From Candidatus Saccharimonadota bacterium (GTDB lineage: Bacteria; Patescibacteriota; Saccharimonadia; CAILAD01; BJGX01), in the NCBI GenBank assembly GCA_046350735.1, contig JAXLZU010000001.1, forward strand, positions 684,462 to 748,461: 64,000 bases of DNA, given 5' to 3'. Below the pieces are notes generated by a model, which saw only the letters and a program-made list of their open reading frames with translations, ran no database searches and had not been told where the DNA came from. The translations under genes were made by a program, and so were the position numbers. Positions 24,055 to 34,415 of the stretch are shown piece by piece (position 1 is the stretch's first letter; the number at the start of each line of letters is the position of its first letter).

Positions 24055-26466
24055 TTAATCAATTATAAACCAATTAAACTCTACTGTCGTCGCTTGTGTT
24101 TTTTCTAGATGAATACTAAAGCCATTAGGCCCTGAATTAGACACCCAATAATTTCCGTCTATTTGACTCAGCGGTGTTAATTGTACGTTGGGTAACCCAC
24201 TGTGTCCACCTGTGACGCCAACTTGCAGAACCGTCGCACCAGCGGCCAAAGAAGTTCTGCCGCGATTTGCACTACTGCCGGCTATTACATCGTTAAAGCT
24301 AGCAGTACCGTTAAATGTGGTATTCTTGGAAAATGTTACATCGGCTTGATGATTTACTAATGCCGCAAACGTTACATTACCCTGAAACTCAGTATCGGTC
24401 GTAACAATACCACCAGAGAACACCGCATTTGCTACTTGATTGCCATTCTTTAGTGCGTCAATTTGTGTTTGTTGCTGCTGCACAGCATTTACAAGGTAAG
24501 GCAAAATACCATCTTTATTAAGGCTTAAATTGCCATTATTGTCCGTGCTAACTAATTCTGGCAAAATTTTAGCTACCTCTTGAGCGATAAAGCCATCTTG
24601 TTGTATACCGGCAGGATCGCTCTTCCAGTTAAAGGTAACACCTCGCAATTGCGAGATAACATCGAGGCCGTTATTGACAGAGAGAATATTGGTTTTTAGT
24701 TTTTCATCAGAGCTACAACTCCAGCCGGTCCCAGTAACTACAGTACATTGCGTACCAGCCGAACCATTAAACTGAGCAACATTCGTCGTAGAAGCATCGG
24801 TTACATTCAGTCGAAAGGCACCTGGAGAGTTTGTACCTATGCCGGCACTACCATTGGCAGTAATAACGCTCTGCGCAGTACCTGTGGAGTTTTGCCATTG
24901 AGTAAGATTACCAGTTTGGCCCGCAGTGCCCTGTACTACCAGGGGTTTATCTGTGGTAACGCGAGAAGTAACTTGAATTGTAGCATTTGTATCAGCCGTG
25001 GATGGGTTATTTATAATCAGCTTATTACCTCCGGTTAGGGGCTCTAGAAAACCACATAAAACGTTCGAAGTTTCACTACCAGAGCAAATACCTATCTTCA
25101 CCTTGCCTTCAAAAAAGTTCTGACTATATGTACCTTCTGAGCTAATGTTGGCATTTACTACTGTACCCAGATTTGCAAGTGGGTTTAAGAATTGATTAAT
25201 TGGGCTTGCTGGGCTAGTGTCGAGCACCTGGATGCCAAAATATTTACTAATTGTCCCACCCTGAATAACATTAGGAAATCCTAAAAACGGTAGAAGCTGT
25301 GGATTAAAGGCATTATAGCCAACGTATGAATTAATATTACCAGCATTAATAGCTGGCATTGCTAGATTACCATTGGCACGATTAATTGTTCCTGCCCCCA
25401 AGTTAGAAACAAGCGATATATTACCTACTCCAACATCAACCGTACCTGTACCATTATGAGCATATGATGACAGAGAACCGCCATTGAGATCATAGTTAAA
25501 TGCGCCATTTGTCTGCAGGGCAGAATACGAGCCAGCAAAAAGATTGTCGTTAGTTGCAGGGTCTATGGTTGGCTCTATAAGTAACTCGTTAGCAAGCCCG
25601 GCATATATACCTTTGTTGATAGAATTCTGATACACAATCTGTTGAGTTGTAAGAGTTCTGCTAATATCTCTGCCACCAAACAATCCTCCGGCGTTTAGAA
25701 TAGTACCTTGCGGTGTAGCATTTGGTCCTACCAATAACTGGCCAGAGAAACTACCAGTACCCTCAACATCTAGATTGTAGTTAGGGGCACTACTACCGAT
25801 ACCAACAAAGTTATTTGCCGAGTCGATACTAAGTATCGGTGAGCCCGATGCATCTTGCACCTCAAATGCACCTATTGAATTACTCGTATTACGAAAAATC
25901 TGATTCGTACCGGTAAATGCCTGAAAGTTGTGGTCGAGATAAGCAATATCACTCGGTAGAGAGCTAGAGGATAATGAGCCAGTAATAAAGTTCGCATTTA
26001 AGCTACCTTGTAATGTGGTAGCACTCAAAGTACCACCAACGTTAGCATTCCCGCCAATATTAAGATCGCCAGCTCCATTTATTGTACCGAGTACAGTTAG
26101 ACTACCTGTGTTTAATTGATTGCCATTTACTGTTAGCTGACCATTGAGCGGAGTAGTAGTAACACCAGATACGTTTAAGTTGGTCGGGTTATAATTATCG
26201 GCCGCAGTAATTGTCTTACCAATACCACCACGCGAACGCACCGTAATGTATACTGCAAATGCCAGAGCTGCGAGTAATAGCAAAATAAGCACAATCCACA
26301 TTGCTCGAAACAGTATGCCTCTGCGATGAGCAGACAGCACACTTTGATTGTTTTCGAACGCCTCAGAGCTAACAGCATTTTCTTTGGCAACTTCTGCCGA
26401 AAATGTTGTAGCCGCGCTCGCCGAAACCTGTGCGTTTGGTATTTGTTGTGGGCTAGATTGTTCCAC
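24055..26466 (-). CDS. Membrane-anchored fibre protein (803 aa): cytoplasmic tail, TM, tail-fibre-like repeats, an internal Peptidase S74 intramolecular chaperone domain, and a roughly 130-aa C-terminal extension.
   Basis: TM is MWIVLILLLLAALAFAVYI. CIMCD motif CSSDEKLKTNILSVNNGLDVISQLRGVTFNWK. The N-terminus is homologous to the other fibre proteins in this window. Confidence 0.65.
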   Translation of the reverse strand: MEQSSPQQIPNAQVSASAATTFSAEVAKENAVSSEAFENNQSVLSAHRRGILFRAMWIVLILLLLAALAFAVYITVRSRGGIGKTITAADNYNPTNLNVSGVTTTPLNGQLTVNGNQLNTGSLTVLGTINGAGDLNIGGNANVGGTLSATTLQGSLNANFITGSLSSSSLPSDIAYLDHNFQAFTGTNQIFRNTSNSIGAFEVQDASGSPILSIDSANNFVGIGSSAPNYNLDVEGTGSFSGQLLVGPNATPQGTILNAGGLFGGRDISRTLTTQQIVYQNSINKGIYAGLANELLIEPTIDPATNDNLFAGSYSALQTNGAFNYDLNGGSLSSYAHNGTGTVDVGVGNISLVSNLGAGTINRANGNLAMPAINAGNINSYVGYNAFNPQLLPFLGFPNVIQGGTISKYFGIQVLDTSPASPINQFLNPLANLGTVVNANISSEGTYSQNFFEGKVKIGICSGSETSNVLCGFLEPLTGGNKLIINNPSTADTNATIQVTSRVTTDKPLVVQGTAGQTGNLTQWQNSTGTAQSVITANGSAGIGTNSPGAFRLNVTDASTTNVAQFNGSAGTQCTVVTGTGWSCSSDEKLKTNILSVNNGLDVISQLRGVTFNWKSDPAGIQQDGFIAQEVAKILPELVSTDNNGNLSLNKDGILPYLVNAVQQQQTQIDALKNGNQVANAVFSGGIVTTDTEFQGNVTFAALVNHQADVTFSKNTTFNGTASFNDVIAGSSANRGRTSLAAGATVLQVGVTGGHSGLPNVQLTPLSQIDGNYWVSNSGPNGFSIHLEKTQATTVEFNWFIID

Positions 26467-26584
26467 TATCTCCTGCTCTCTTACAATTTGGATTTAGCGT
26501 AAATAACCAAATTGGTAGCTCTTTTATTATACCGCTTACGTTTGCAGATTGGCAACAGATTGTAAAACTTTTGTTATATAGCAG

Positions 26585-26848
26585 TTAGATATTTGCAAAT
26601 ACTACTACATAATTGTTGTGTACTTTTACAACACCTCTATTAATATCGTAGCTGCGACGACCAAATGGGGTATGTATTGTTACCTTGCCCTGTTGTAATA
26701 AACCAATAAAATTAGCATGGCCATAGAGTACGTCAAAAGGGCCAGTAGCTGTGTTGGCAGATAGGCTAGCAGCCGGACCTTCGTAAAAGATTTCGAATGG
26801 TGAAAAAATCTTTATACTTAGTTGGTTTGTCTTAGTATTTGCCTGCAT
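26585..26848 (-). CDS. F1-ATPase epsilon-like subunit, beta-sandwich only (copy 2).
   Basis: 87 aa. FSPFEIFYEGPA...GPFDVLYGHANF. Paralog of 3956..4210. Confidence 0.5.
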   Translation of the reverse strand: MQANTKTNQLSIKIFSPFEIFYEGPAASLSANTATGPFDVLYGHANFIGLLQQGKVTIHTPFGRRSYDINRGVVKVHNNYVVVFANI

Positions 26849-26852
26849 TGTA

Positions 26853-28184
26853 TTACGTGCCCGCCAAAATTTCTTCTACACCCGCAAGCATATCCTCACG
26901 CGACACATACTCACCATCATTGCCAGTAAGTGGCTGCACAACAAACAAATTCTGAGCAAAGTATGCTACTAGGCGCTTAGCCTTTTGATAATCACTCCTA
27001 TCATTAAGAGAGAGCTCGCCCTCACCTATAATCGAGATAATGTTACGAAGCTCATTGTATTTGCTGAGTATTGCCTGTACCTGGGTAGCCAAAATATAAT
27101 GCCGTTCGCCAACAATCTCGGTCGTTAGCAAAGAAGACTGAGTAGCCAATAAATCAATTGCCGGAAAGATGCCTCGCTCCATTACATCACGACTAAGTAC
27201 AATTACCGAGTCGAGTTGTTGATAAATTTCTACTACTGCAGGGTCGCTAATATCATCGGCTGGGATATAGATAGATTGTACCGACGTAATTGATCCATTC
27301 TCGTTGCTATCTAGGCTGTCTTCAAATCGTACAAGATCGGTAAATAGAGTAGGCTGATAGCCACCCTCAGATGGTTGCTCACCCAGCATTATAGAGAGTT
27401 CATTACGCGCTTGTAAGAATCGGTAGATATTATCAACGAAGAAAAGTACATCTTGTTTTTGATTGTCTCGCCACCACCGTGCAGCTGCAGCGGCAGTTGG
27501 CCCTACCATACTCCTGGCGGCTGCCGACTCATTCATTTGCCCCAAATACATAACGCTTTCTTTGAGGAGATTTGCTCCCTTGAGATTTTCATAAAGCTCA
27601 TGTGCTTCGCGAATGCGCTCACCAATACCCACAAAGAATGATGCACCAGCACCAGTCTGACTTACATTGTGCATTAACTCAGTTACTAGCACTGTTTTGC
27701 CTACGCCTGCCCCACCAATAATTCCAATTTTTCTCCCTTTAACAAATGGTGCAAAGAAATCAATGGCTTTTATGCCAGTCTCAATAATCTCCCCTGAGTA
27801 TGTCTGTGCATTTTTGGGGGCTAGCGCAAACTCAACAGGAGCGGTCTGAACCTTTTTAATAGCTGCAGAATCATCGAGCGTTTCACCCAGAGAGTTAAAT
27901 ACTCGACCAAGTGTAGATTTGCCTACTGGTATTTGTAGCTGTTCTTGGTAGAGCTCGCAGAATGATCCGAGTGGTAAGGCAGCATCCCCACCAATACTTA
28001 GTACAACTGCCTTGGTAGCACCACTATAGCCTAGTATCATTAATCGCGAATGTTGGTCGTTAGCCACTCGCAAAATAGAACCAATTTTCGGTAAAATCTC
28101 ACCAAATTCTAACTCATAGGTAATACCGCGAGCGGCAATTATTTTTCCCCGGGCAGGTGATTTACTTACGTGATTATGCTTCAT
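26853..28184 (-). CDS. F1-ATPase beta-like catalytic subunit (copy 2).
   Basis: [76 protein letters not shown]. Confidence 0.85.
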   Translation of the reverse strand: MKHNHVSKSPARGKIIAARGITYELEFGEILPKIGSILRVANDQHSRLMILGYSGATKAVVLSIGGDAALPLGSFCELYQEQLQIPVGKSTLGRVFNSLGETLDDSAAIKKVQTAPVEFALAPKNAQTYSGEIIETGIKAIDFFAPFVKGRKIGIIGGAGVGKTVLVTELMHNVSQTGAGASFFVGIGERIREAHELYENLKGANLLKESVMYLGQMNESAAARSMVGPTAAAAARWWRDNQKQDVLFFVDNIYRFLQARNELSIMLGEQPSEGGYQPTLFTDLVRFEDSLDSNENGSITSVQSIYIPADDISDPAVVEIYQQLDSVIVLSRDVMERGIFPAIDLLATQSSLLTTEIVGERHYILATQVQAILSKYNELRNIISIIGEGELSLNDRSDYQKAKRLVAYFAQNLFVVQPLTGNDGEYVSREDMLAGVEEILAGT

Positions 28185-29032
28185 ATAAGCCCCTCTCTAT
28201 CTCTTACAAATACTCGTGTAGCGGCATCTCGGTTTTGGCGCTGCTGCCTACGATAACTTCTATATACATCAGATTTTAGCTCGCCCGCCGCGGTAGAAGC
28301 AGAGCTCATTGCACGAAATCTACTAGCCAGTTGAGCCAGACGCGATTCTAAGATTAATTCAGTTAGTGCGGTGGCACGCATCATACTTTCTAGATAGGTT
28401 ACTACCTCCTCAAGAGAAGGCTCAAATATATAGTCTGATGCAAAAATAAGTGTCGTATTGGTTTTATTAGCCTCGGCCTCACTAAGCCTTGCTATACCAC
28501 CCACCAATTCAAACACCTGAACTTGTTGGGTCGTTAAATTAATAAACTGCTCAAAATATACCACGCATGTCCGATAATCTTGAGTGGCTGAAATAATTGG
28601 CACAACGTTAACGGGCCTAGTGATATCTGGTAATGGATAAACTCTGGTAGGTATTACACCTTTATTGCGCAATAATTTAGCGCCTTTTTTACCAATTACA
28701 TAAAAGTCTGTGGTTTGTTCATTTACCGAACCAAGTACTTCGTCCACCAGTTCTTCGTCAATACTGCCAGACAGTGTATCTTCTGAGCTAATAAGAATAA
28801 CAGCTGTACGATTAAGACTGCGAGTAGGTAGCAAGCTAGCCACAGGCGAGTTGGCATCTACACGCAACTGTACATACATACTCCAGAGCTCGTGAAAAAA
28901 GTCGCGACTAGCAACTACACGGTCACGTATCTGACGAATCTGAATACTGGTAATACTCTCAAAAACCTTTGTAACCTCTTCGATGGTTTCTAGGTCGGTA
29001 TACTGACGGTACATTTCTTGGCTTTTACTCAT
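28181..29032 (-). CDS. F1-ATPase gamma-like subunit (copy 2).
   Basis: 283 aa between alpha-like and beta-like. Paralog of 5520..6356 with the same N-terminal pattern (TKVFESITSIQIRQIRDRV versus THIFENVASIRIRQIKEQV). Confidence 0.6.
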   Translation of the reverse strand: MSKSQEMYRQYTDLETIEEVTKVFESITSIQIRQIRDRVVASRDFFHELWSMYVQLRVDANSPVASLLPTRSLNRTAVILISSEDTLSGSIDEELVDEVLGSVNEQTTDFYVIGKKGAKLLRNKGVIPTRVYPLPDITRPVNVVPIISATQDYRTCVVYFEQFINLTTQQVQVFELVGGIARLSEAEANKTNTTLIFASDYIFEPSLEEVVTYLESMMRATALTELILESRLAQLASRFRAMSSASTAAGELKSDVYRSYRRQQRQNRDAATRVFVRDREGLI

Positions 29033-30456
29033 TGTTTTACCGCCGGCTTACTCTTTAATAGTTCTGCTGCAATCTTAACATATTGCTCTGGCTTAATTTC
29101 TTCTCCGGCCACATCATGAATAATACTCTTTAGCCAAGCAATACTGACATCTTCGGGTTTGTCTGACTGCATAAGAGCATCGAGCATAATAAATTGTTCT
29201 TTGGCAGAGTATTGTTCGCTAGGCAATTGAGTAAATAACTCATACAGTTTTTCACCACGTGCAATTTCACTTTTGACTGTTTCTGACTGGTCAGACCCAA
29301 ACCGAGCAAAATCTCGCGCTTCACGGTAATTGGCAAGCCTTGCGATAACTGCTCTAGACAGTTTCTGAAACTGCTGACTTTGAGAGCGTCCACCGACACG
29401 ACTAACTGATAGGTTAACATCAATAGCTGGGCGAATGTTACGAGCCATAGTCTCAGCATCAAAAACAATCTGCCCATCTGTCATAGAAATAAGACTAGTA
29501 GATAGATAGCCGGTGATATCGCCGGTAGGGTTAGTGCCAGCTGCCAAGACTGTCTGCGTAGCACCATTGCGCCGTAACTTGCCAGCCCGTTCTAGTAGAG
29601 AAGAGTGCATATAAAACATATCGCCAGGATAGCCATCACGGCCTGGCGGCTGCTTAAGTAGAAGTGATAGCTCTCGATACATTTTGGCATGTGCACTAAG
29701 ATCGTCATAAAACACTACTGTATCTTTGCCTTGACGCCAAAAACTCTCTGCCAATGCACAACCAACATATGGTGCAATAAAAGCCGCCGGTAGACTATCA
29801 AATGCATCAGCAATCACAAGGATGGTTTTATCTATTACTCCAGCATCAGCTAAGCGCTGCTGCAAGCGAGCAACATCATAGCGACGTTTGGCAATTGCAA
29901 CATAGACAATCACACAATCTTGATTTTTTTGATGAGCTGCAACCTGGCTCATAAAAGTTGTTTTACCAGTTTTATTATCACCAATAATGGCAATACGTTG
30001 CCCTTTAACAATCGGGAACAATGTATCTACCATTAAGACGCCGGTCTCGAGCTGTTCATTAACAATAGCGCGTTCGTGAAACGTTGGTGCCGCGCCAAAA
30101 ACTGGTAGAGGAGTACCACTAGGCTCTACTTTCTTGCCATCAATGGTTTGCAGTAATGGGTCTACACTATGACCAAGAATGTTATTATCGGCTCTCACAT
30201 AGAGGCTATTACCGGCAAGTTTTGCACTAGTACCCACCACTACTTTAGAATTACGTGCTAATAATAAGACGGTAACCGACTGCTCAGATACTTGCCATAT
30301 TAGTCCTGCTTCACCTGTGCCAAATTTCATCACGCCACCCACTGTAGCCTCAGCAATTGGTTCGGTATGCGCTATGCAATCAAAAAGAGAGATAACTTTG
30401 ACACTCTTTGCTTTATTGGATATTGTGTGATCTTCTTTCATATAGTTACCGTCCAA
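29029..30456 (-). CDS. F1-ATPase alpha-like subunit (copy 2). The start may be the internal ATG at 30441.
   Basis: GQRIAIIGDNKTGKTTFMSQ, YVAIAKRR, APYVGCALAESF, VFYDDLSAHAKMYRELSLLLKQPPGRDGYPGDMFYMHSSLLERAGKL. Confidence 0.85.
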   Translation of the reverse strand: MDGNYMKEDHTISNKAKSVKVISLFDCIAHTEPIAEATVGGVMKFGTGEAGLIWQVSEQSVTVLLLARNSKVVVGTSAKLAGNSLYVRADNNILGHSVDPLLQTIDGKKVEPSGTPLPVFGAAPTFHERAIVNEQLETGVLMVDTLFPIVKGQRIAIIGDNKTGKTTFMSQVAAHQKNQDCVIVYVAIAKRRYDVARLQQRLADAGVIDKTILVIADAFDSLPAAFIAPYVGCALAESFWRQGKDTVVFYDDLSAHAKMYRELSLLLKQPPGRDGYPGDMFYMHSSLLERAGKLRRNGATQTVLAAGTNPTGDITGYLSTSLISMTDGQIVFDAETMARNIRPAIDVNLSVSRVGGRSQSQQFQKLSRAVIARLANYREARDFARFGSDQSETVKSEIARGEKLYELFTQLPSEQYSAKEQFIMLDALMQSDKPEDVSIAWLKSIIHDVAGEEIKPEQYVKIAAELLKSKPAVKQ

Positions 30457-31291
30457 TTATTAAATATACTATTGAGAATCCAGAAAGCATAATTACCACT
30501 ACTGCAATAATTACTTGAATTAAACTTTGTAAAATAGAATGTCGACTAAGTGGATTTCGCCCTATAGAGCGTATGCTGCTTGCTACTGCGGTATAAAGAA
30601 TAAGTACTGAGATAACTACCGATATAAGCAACACCAATAACGCCAAGAGTGCCCTAGCTGTTGAAATACTCTTGCCCGTTGTACTTGTGGCCACAGCTTG
30701 CACTGCCGAAATAATTCCATTACCAGTAAGTGTTGGTTGGTTTTGATAATTACCCACTATAATGTTGGCCGAGACCTGGCCTAGAGCTACTTCACTCGTC
30801 TCGCCTTTCTTATTGGTAATACTTTGACGAGAAGTGGCATTACCTGCACTAAAACTATTCGTTGCAGTACCAACAATTTTACCCGCAGCAGTAGCTTTCA
30901 TGGCAACACCTGCTATAGGCGATGTAGTCAGCGAGTCTCCTTTGGCAATATCACCATTTATATTACTTACCAATATTACAGCATTGCCCGCAGTAACCAC
31001 TAAGGTATTGCCATTGTTAGAATTAAGATTTACTAGGCTGGCCTGAGAGGCAACTGTCACCCCCAATAAATTATCGGTGTTACTCGAGTTAGCTGGAATA
31101 ATTTGCGAGCTACTACCCTGTTGAAGCGCCACCAAAGAACCGGCTGGAATGGCAGAAGATGCAGTGTAGCTCTGACTAATAGTATCAGCTCTAGCAGCTA
31201 GTATTTGTATCGCAACAAATACTAACGACAAGACAAGACTAGCAACTGGGAGAAAATATTTTTTTAGCATACCAAAAACCATTCGCCTCAA
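30446..31291 (-). CDS. Signal peptide, extracellular domain, then a c-subunit-like hairpin with Gln at the carboxylate position (copy 2 of 8770..9594).
   Basis: ...VASSIRSIGRNPLSRHSILQSLIQVIIAVVVIM. The IRSIGRNP loop is identical to copy 1. The middle domain shares ING(D/E)I..GD.LT.SPIAGV.MKAT...GTA..SF with copy 1. No D/E in the TM helices. Confidence 0.5.
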   Translation of the reverse strand: MRRMVFGMLKKYFLPVASLVLSLVFVAIQILAARADTISQSYTASSAIPAGSLVALQQGSSSQIIPANSSNTDNLLGVTVASQASLVNLNSNNGNTLVVTAGNAVILVSNINGDIAKGDSLTTSPIAGVAMKATAAGKIVGTATNSFSAGNATSRQSITNKKGETSEVALGQVSANIIVGNYQNQPTLTGNGIISAVQAVATSTTGKSISTARALLALLVLLISVVISVLILYTAVASSIRSIGRNPLSRHSILQSLIQVIIAVVVIMLSGFSIVYLIIGR

Positions 31292-31362
31292 TAGAAGAAG
31301 CTTATGGTTACTATTTTACACCAGTTTGTGTTGCTTAGGGAGTAATTATTGTCACTAAACTC

Positions 31363-31983
31363 TTATTCAGTACGAAAACGGTTTAGGATAAGTTCGGCAG
31401 CAATTCCGAGAAGTGCACCGAGAACCAATAATATGGGTAAAAGCCAGCTGGGCATACCATAATTATAAAACCGAGCTATGGCATACACCGTTATACCGGC
31501 TGCCAACCCTACAACACTACCACCAATAAGGGCAGAGGGGCGCAAAATAGTCTTACCGGCAACATCAGAAACTTTTTCGACAGCGGGGTTATGAATAACT
31601 TTAGAGAACGTTCGGCTTCGGCGAGGCAATTGAGCCTGTACTATCTTTACTTCTTTTTTATATACTGCTGCTTTTTCTTTTTTTGTATAACTTGCAGCCG
31701 GTTTGGCTTTTGGCGGTTTTTTTTCTACTTTTTCGATTTTTTCGGCATCTTTGCGCTCACGTTCTAAATCGGCCTCGCGCTTCTTTTCGGCATCAGCCTC
31801 ACGCTTTTTTTCGGCACTTAGATTTCGCTCGGCAGCCTCATGGCGACGAGCCAAATCTTTTTCACCAGCTTCTATCTCGGCCTTACTAACCTCTGGAGCT
31901 TTCTCTTTTTCGAGTTTTTTTAGCTGGCTTACTTCGAGTTTCTCGGCGCCACTCTCTGGCTCTAGTTCGGCTCTATCTGCCAT
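31363..31983 (-). CDS. Charged coiled-coil protein with two C-terminal TM helices. Possibly a reversed-topology stator/stalk-like component of cluster 2.
   Basis: Highly charged E/K/R-rich repeats (AEKKREADAEKKREADLERERKDAEKIEK), then TM helices GGSVVGLAAGITVYAI and WLLPILLVLGALLGIAAELIL. Overlaps the upstream gene by 1 nt. Confidence 0.35.
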   Translation of the reverse strand: MADRAELEPESGAEKLEVSQLKKLEKEKAPEVSKAEIEAGEKDLARRHEAAERNLSAEKKREADAEKKREADLERERKDAEKIEKVEKKPPKAKPAASYTKKEKAAVYKKEVKIVQAQLPRRSRTFSKVIHNPAVEKVSDVAGKTILRPSALIGGSVVGLAAGITVYAIARFYNYGMPSWLLPILLVLGALLGIAAELILNRFRTE

Positions 31984-34334
31984 TAGTTTCCTCCTTCGTT
32001 ATCAGATAATGTTTCAACTAATTTTAGCTCGCGTTTGAGTAATCTATTTCGGAAGAAGAGGAATACAGAGCTTGCAGCAAAGAATGAGATAACAAAGATT
32101 GGTACACCTGCACCGGTTTGCGGTAATTTTTGAGCTGCACATTCTACTTGTTTCGCCGGAACAACACCAATTGGGGTAGTTACAATCGATCCATGGAAGT
32201 TATCTTGAATATTACAGTCATAGGCTGAAGGGTCGAGTGGCACATTTGGTTTGGTAGGAATTGGGTCTTTTACTTTAACGGTAAATGATTTAAAGTGCGC
32301 GCTAAAGTTAGCAGGGATAATATTACCAGAGCTATCTGTACACGATTGTCCATTTGGTAGCGATGCTATATCGGTAGCTGGCCAGACGAGCTTTGTCTGT
32401 CCATTAGTTACTACCTTTGTCGCTCCGCCAAGATCTGCTAAATCAGCATAGTAGAGTAGATCGGTAACATCATCTTCAAACACAAATTGATTAATAGGGG
32501 CACCATTGGCATTACACACAGCTATCTGGTAGCGCAGTGTGTCACCGGCTTTAGCAACTTGATTGTTTGCATCAGTTGGTTTACCGTCGTTTGTCAGCAA
32601 GGTCATATTGGCTACGTTTTTGGTGTATTGTACCTGGGTTGGGTTAATAATTGTCTTACAAGTCTGGGCGTTGGTAGTTGTACCCCTGTCGGTTGTTATA
32701 CTAACTGTCGCCGTATATTTACCCGGATTATTATAGTCGTGTTTTGTAGTTGCTGTGAGTTGATTACTACTAATAGTCTGCTTGGCACTCCCATCGCCAA
32801 AATCAAATTCATAAGATTTAACGGTGGCATTTTTTACAGTGGCAGTTGCTGTTAGATTAACACCTTTAAGGGGTGCTGCTCCGGTTGCAGGGTCGGCAGT
32901 TAGGCTCTTACATGCAAACTCTGCAGGTGGCGGAGTAGTAGTAAATGGTACATAACAGTTATTGGGGTTTTCTGGTGCTGTTACTCCATTCTGATCTGTA
33001 ACTCGTAATATTATCAAGAAATCACCAGGTGTAGTTTGTCTAAATTCGGTTGCAGAAAAAGCTGGACTACTAGCCGGATCAGTATAAACAGCCGGGTTAG
33101 TATTGGTATGAGTAATTCTCGTGCTACCACCACTTGGGTTACCTTCTAAATATTTAACTCCATTATATGTAATGATAGGTAAGCTCGGATTATCTGGGCC
33201 AGTATATTTTTGCAAAAGAATGTAGTCAAACTTAGACGGGTATGGCTTTGTACCAGAAACACCATCGACACCTGCGGTTCCCTTTAGACCAGGAGTAAAG
33301 GGTGTATCACCAGTCTTAGCAACAATATCGAGCTGTGCGCATTTAAGTGTCATTTGTTGGGTCACTCTAACCGTTCGAATACAATCTCCTGCTGCACTAC
33401 CAGCAGCAAATAGTTTTTGTCCGTTATTATCGTAAGCAACCAATAAGCGCAAGCTATAGTCTCCAGGCTGAGAAAAAGTAAAGCTTCTTCCAACATTATC
33501 AATAAAATTATTGTTGCTATCATGCCCCACCCCAGATGCTTGCAAAACATTTCCAGGCGAAACACCTCCAGCCAAATTATCTGTGTTGACATTATAGGCA
33601 CCATATGCCATATCAACCAATTCACCTGCACTAATATTATCTCCATGTGCATAGCCAGCAACTACAATTGGCTGACCCACCGTGGCGGTAAAGCTAGAAA
33701 CATTTAGGCTAGAGCAAGTAATAGTTTTGGGCTGTTCTTGTGGTGTTGTAGGAATAAACACCAAATTACCACAGTCATAAAGTATACCTACTTGATACCA
33801 TGCATTTGGGTCACCAGTACCTATAGTACTACCCTGTACTTTTACATTGAGTAGTTCGCCTGCAAAACAGTTTTGCAACCATCTACTACTGGCGTCTCCT
33901 ATCCATATATCATTATGGCCTGGGTATAAGAACGACCCAGGTGCTTGAGTGCGTCCCATAGAAAGCAATCCTGGTGTTCGGCAAATATTAGCATTTGCCT
34001 GTCCATTCAAAACATCCTGATCAGTTACCCCAGCCTGGTACAAGAGCTGCATTGCACCTGTACTCTTAAAAGCATTTAATACGCCTTGGTTGCTTGTATC
34101 GGCAATACCGCAGTTAATAATATCGTTTGCTGTACAGCTCGCCGCTCGTCCTGCTGATGGCGGTGCGATAAAAGTAATAAACTGAAAGACTAATAGCCCT
34201 ACAAGTAGTAGTGATGCTAGACGTCGGGCGGATGTCTCTTTGGTGAGACGCTTGGCATAGAATGAGATTTTGTTTTTTGTGATGCCGCCAATTTTAAAAT
34301 TGGTTACGACATCCCGGAAATTTACGATTTTCAT
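31983..34334 (-). CDS. LPXTG-anchored surface protein with a PKD domain (783 aa).
   Basis: N-terminal TM/signal. PKD signature YEFDFGDGSAKQ...HDYNNPGKYTATVSITTD. C-terminal sorting signal LPQTG plus a hydrophobic stretch plus RNRLLKR. Confidence 0.65.
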   Translation of the reverse strand: MKIVNFRDVVTNFKIGGITKNKISFYAKRLTKETSARRLASLLLVGLLVFQFITFIAPPSAGRAASCTANDIINCGIADTSNQGVLNAFKSTGAMQLLYQAGVTDQDVLNGQANANICRTPGLLSMGRTQAPGSFLYPGHNDIWIGDASSRWLQNCFAGELLNVKVQGSTIGTGDPNAWYQVGILYDCGNLVFIPTTPQEQPKTITCSSLNVSSFTATVGQPIVVAGYAHGDNISAGELVDMAYGAYNVNTDNLAGGVSPGNVLQASGVGHDSNNNFIDNVGRSFTFSQPGDYSLRLLVAYDNNGQKLFAAGSAAGDCIRTVRVTQQMTLKCAQLDIVAKTGDTPFTPGLKGTAGVDGVSGTKPYPSKFDYILLQKYTGPDNPSLPIITYNGVKYLEGNPSGGSTRITHTNTNPAVYTDPASSPAFSATEFRQTTPGDFLIILRVTDQNGVTAPENPNNCYVPFTTTPPPAEFACKSLTADPATGAAPLKGVNLTATATVKNATVKSYEFDFGDGSAKQTISSNQLTATTKHDYNNPGKYTATVSITTDRGTTTNAQTCKTIINPTQVQYTKNVANMTLLTNDGKPTDANNQVAKAGDTLRYQIAVCNANGAPINQFVFEDDVTDLLYYADLADLGGATKVVTNGQTKLVWPATDIASLPNGQSCTDSSGNIIPANFSAHFKSFTVKVKDPIPTKPNVPLDPSAYDCNIQDNFHGSIVTTPIGVVPAKQVECAAQKLPQTGAGVPIFVISFFAASSVFLFFRNRLLKRELKLVETLSDNEGGN

Positions 34335-34415
34335 CTTTCCCCTTTAAATATACAATTGCTTATGCTTTATTGTAGTACACACTACAATAGCTATGCAAGA
34401 CTTAAGAAGAAGTAA

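Noticed and set aside
31703-32038. 111-aa + strand ORF with an S/F/R-rich low-complexity translation.
   Set aside because: It is antisense to the charged coiled-coil gene. The low complexity mirrors the E/K/A codon repeats of that gene.
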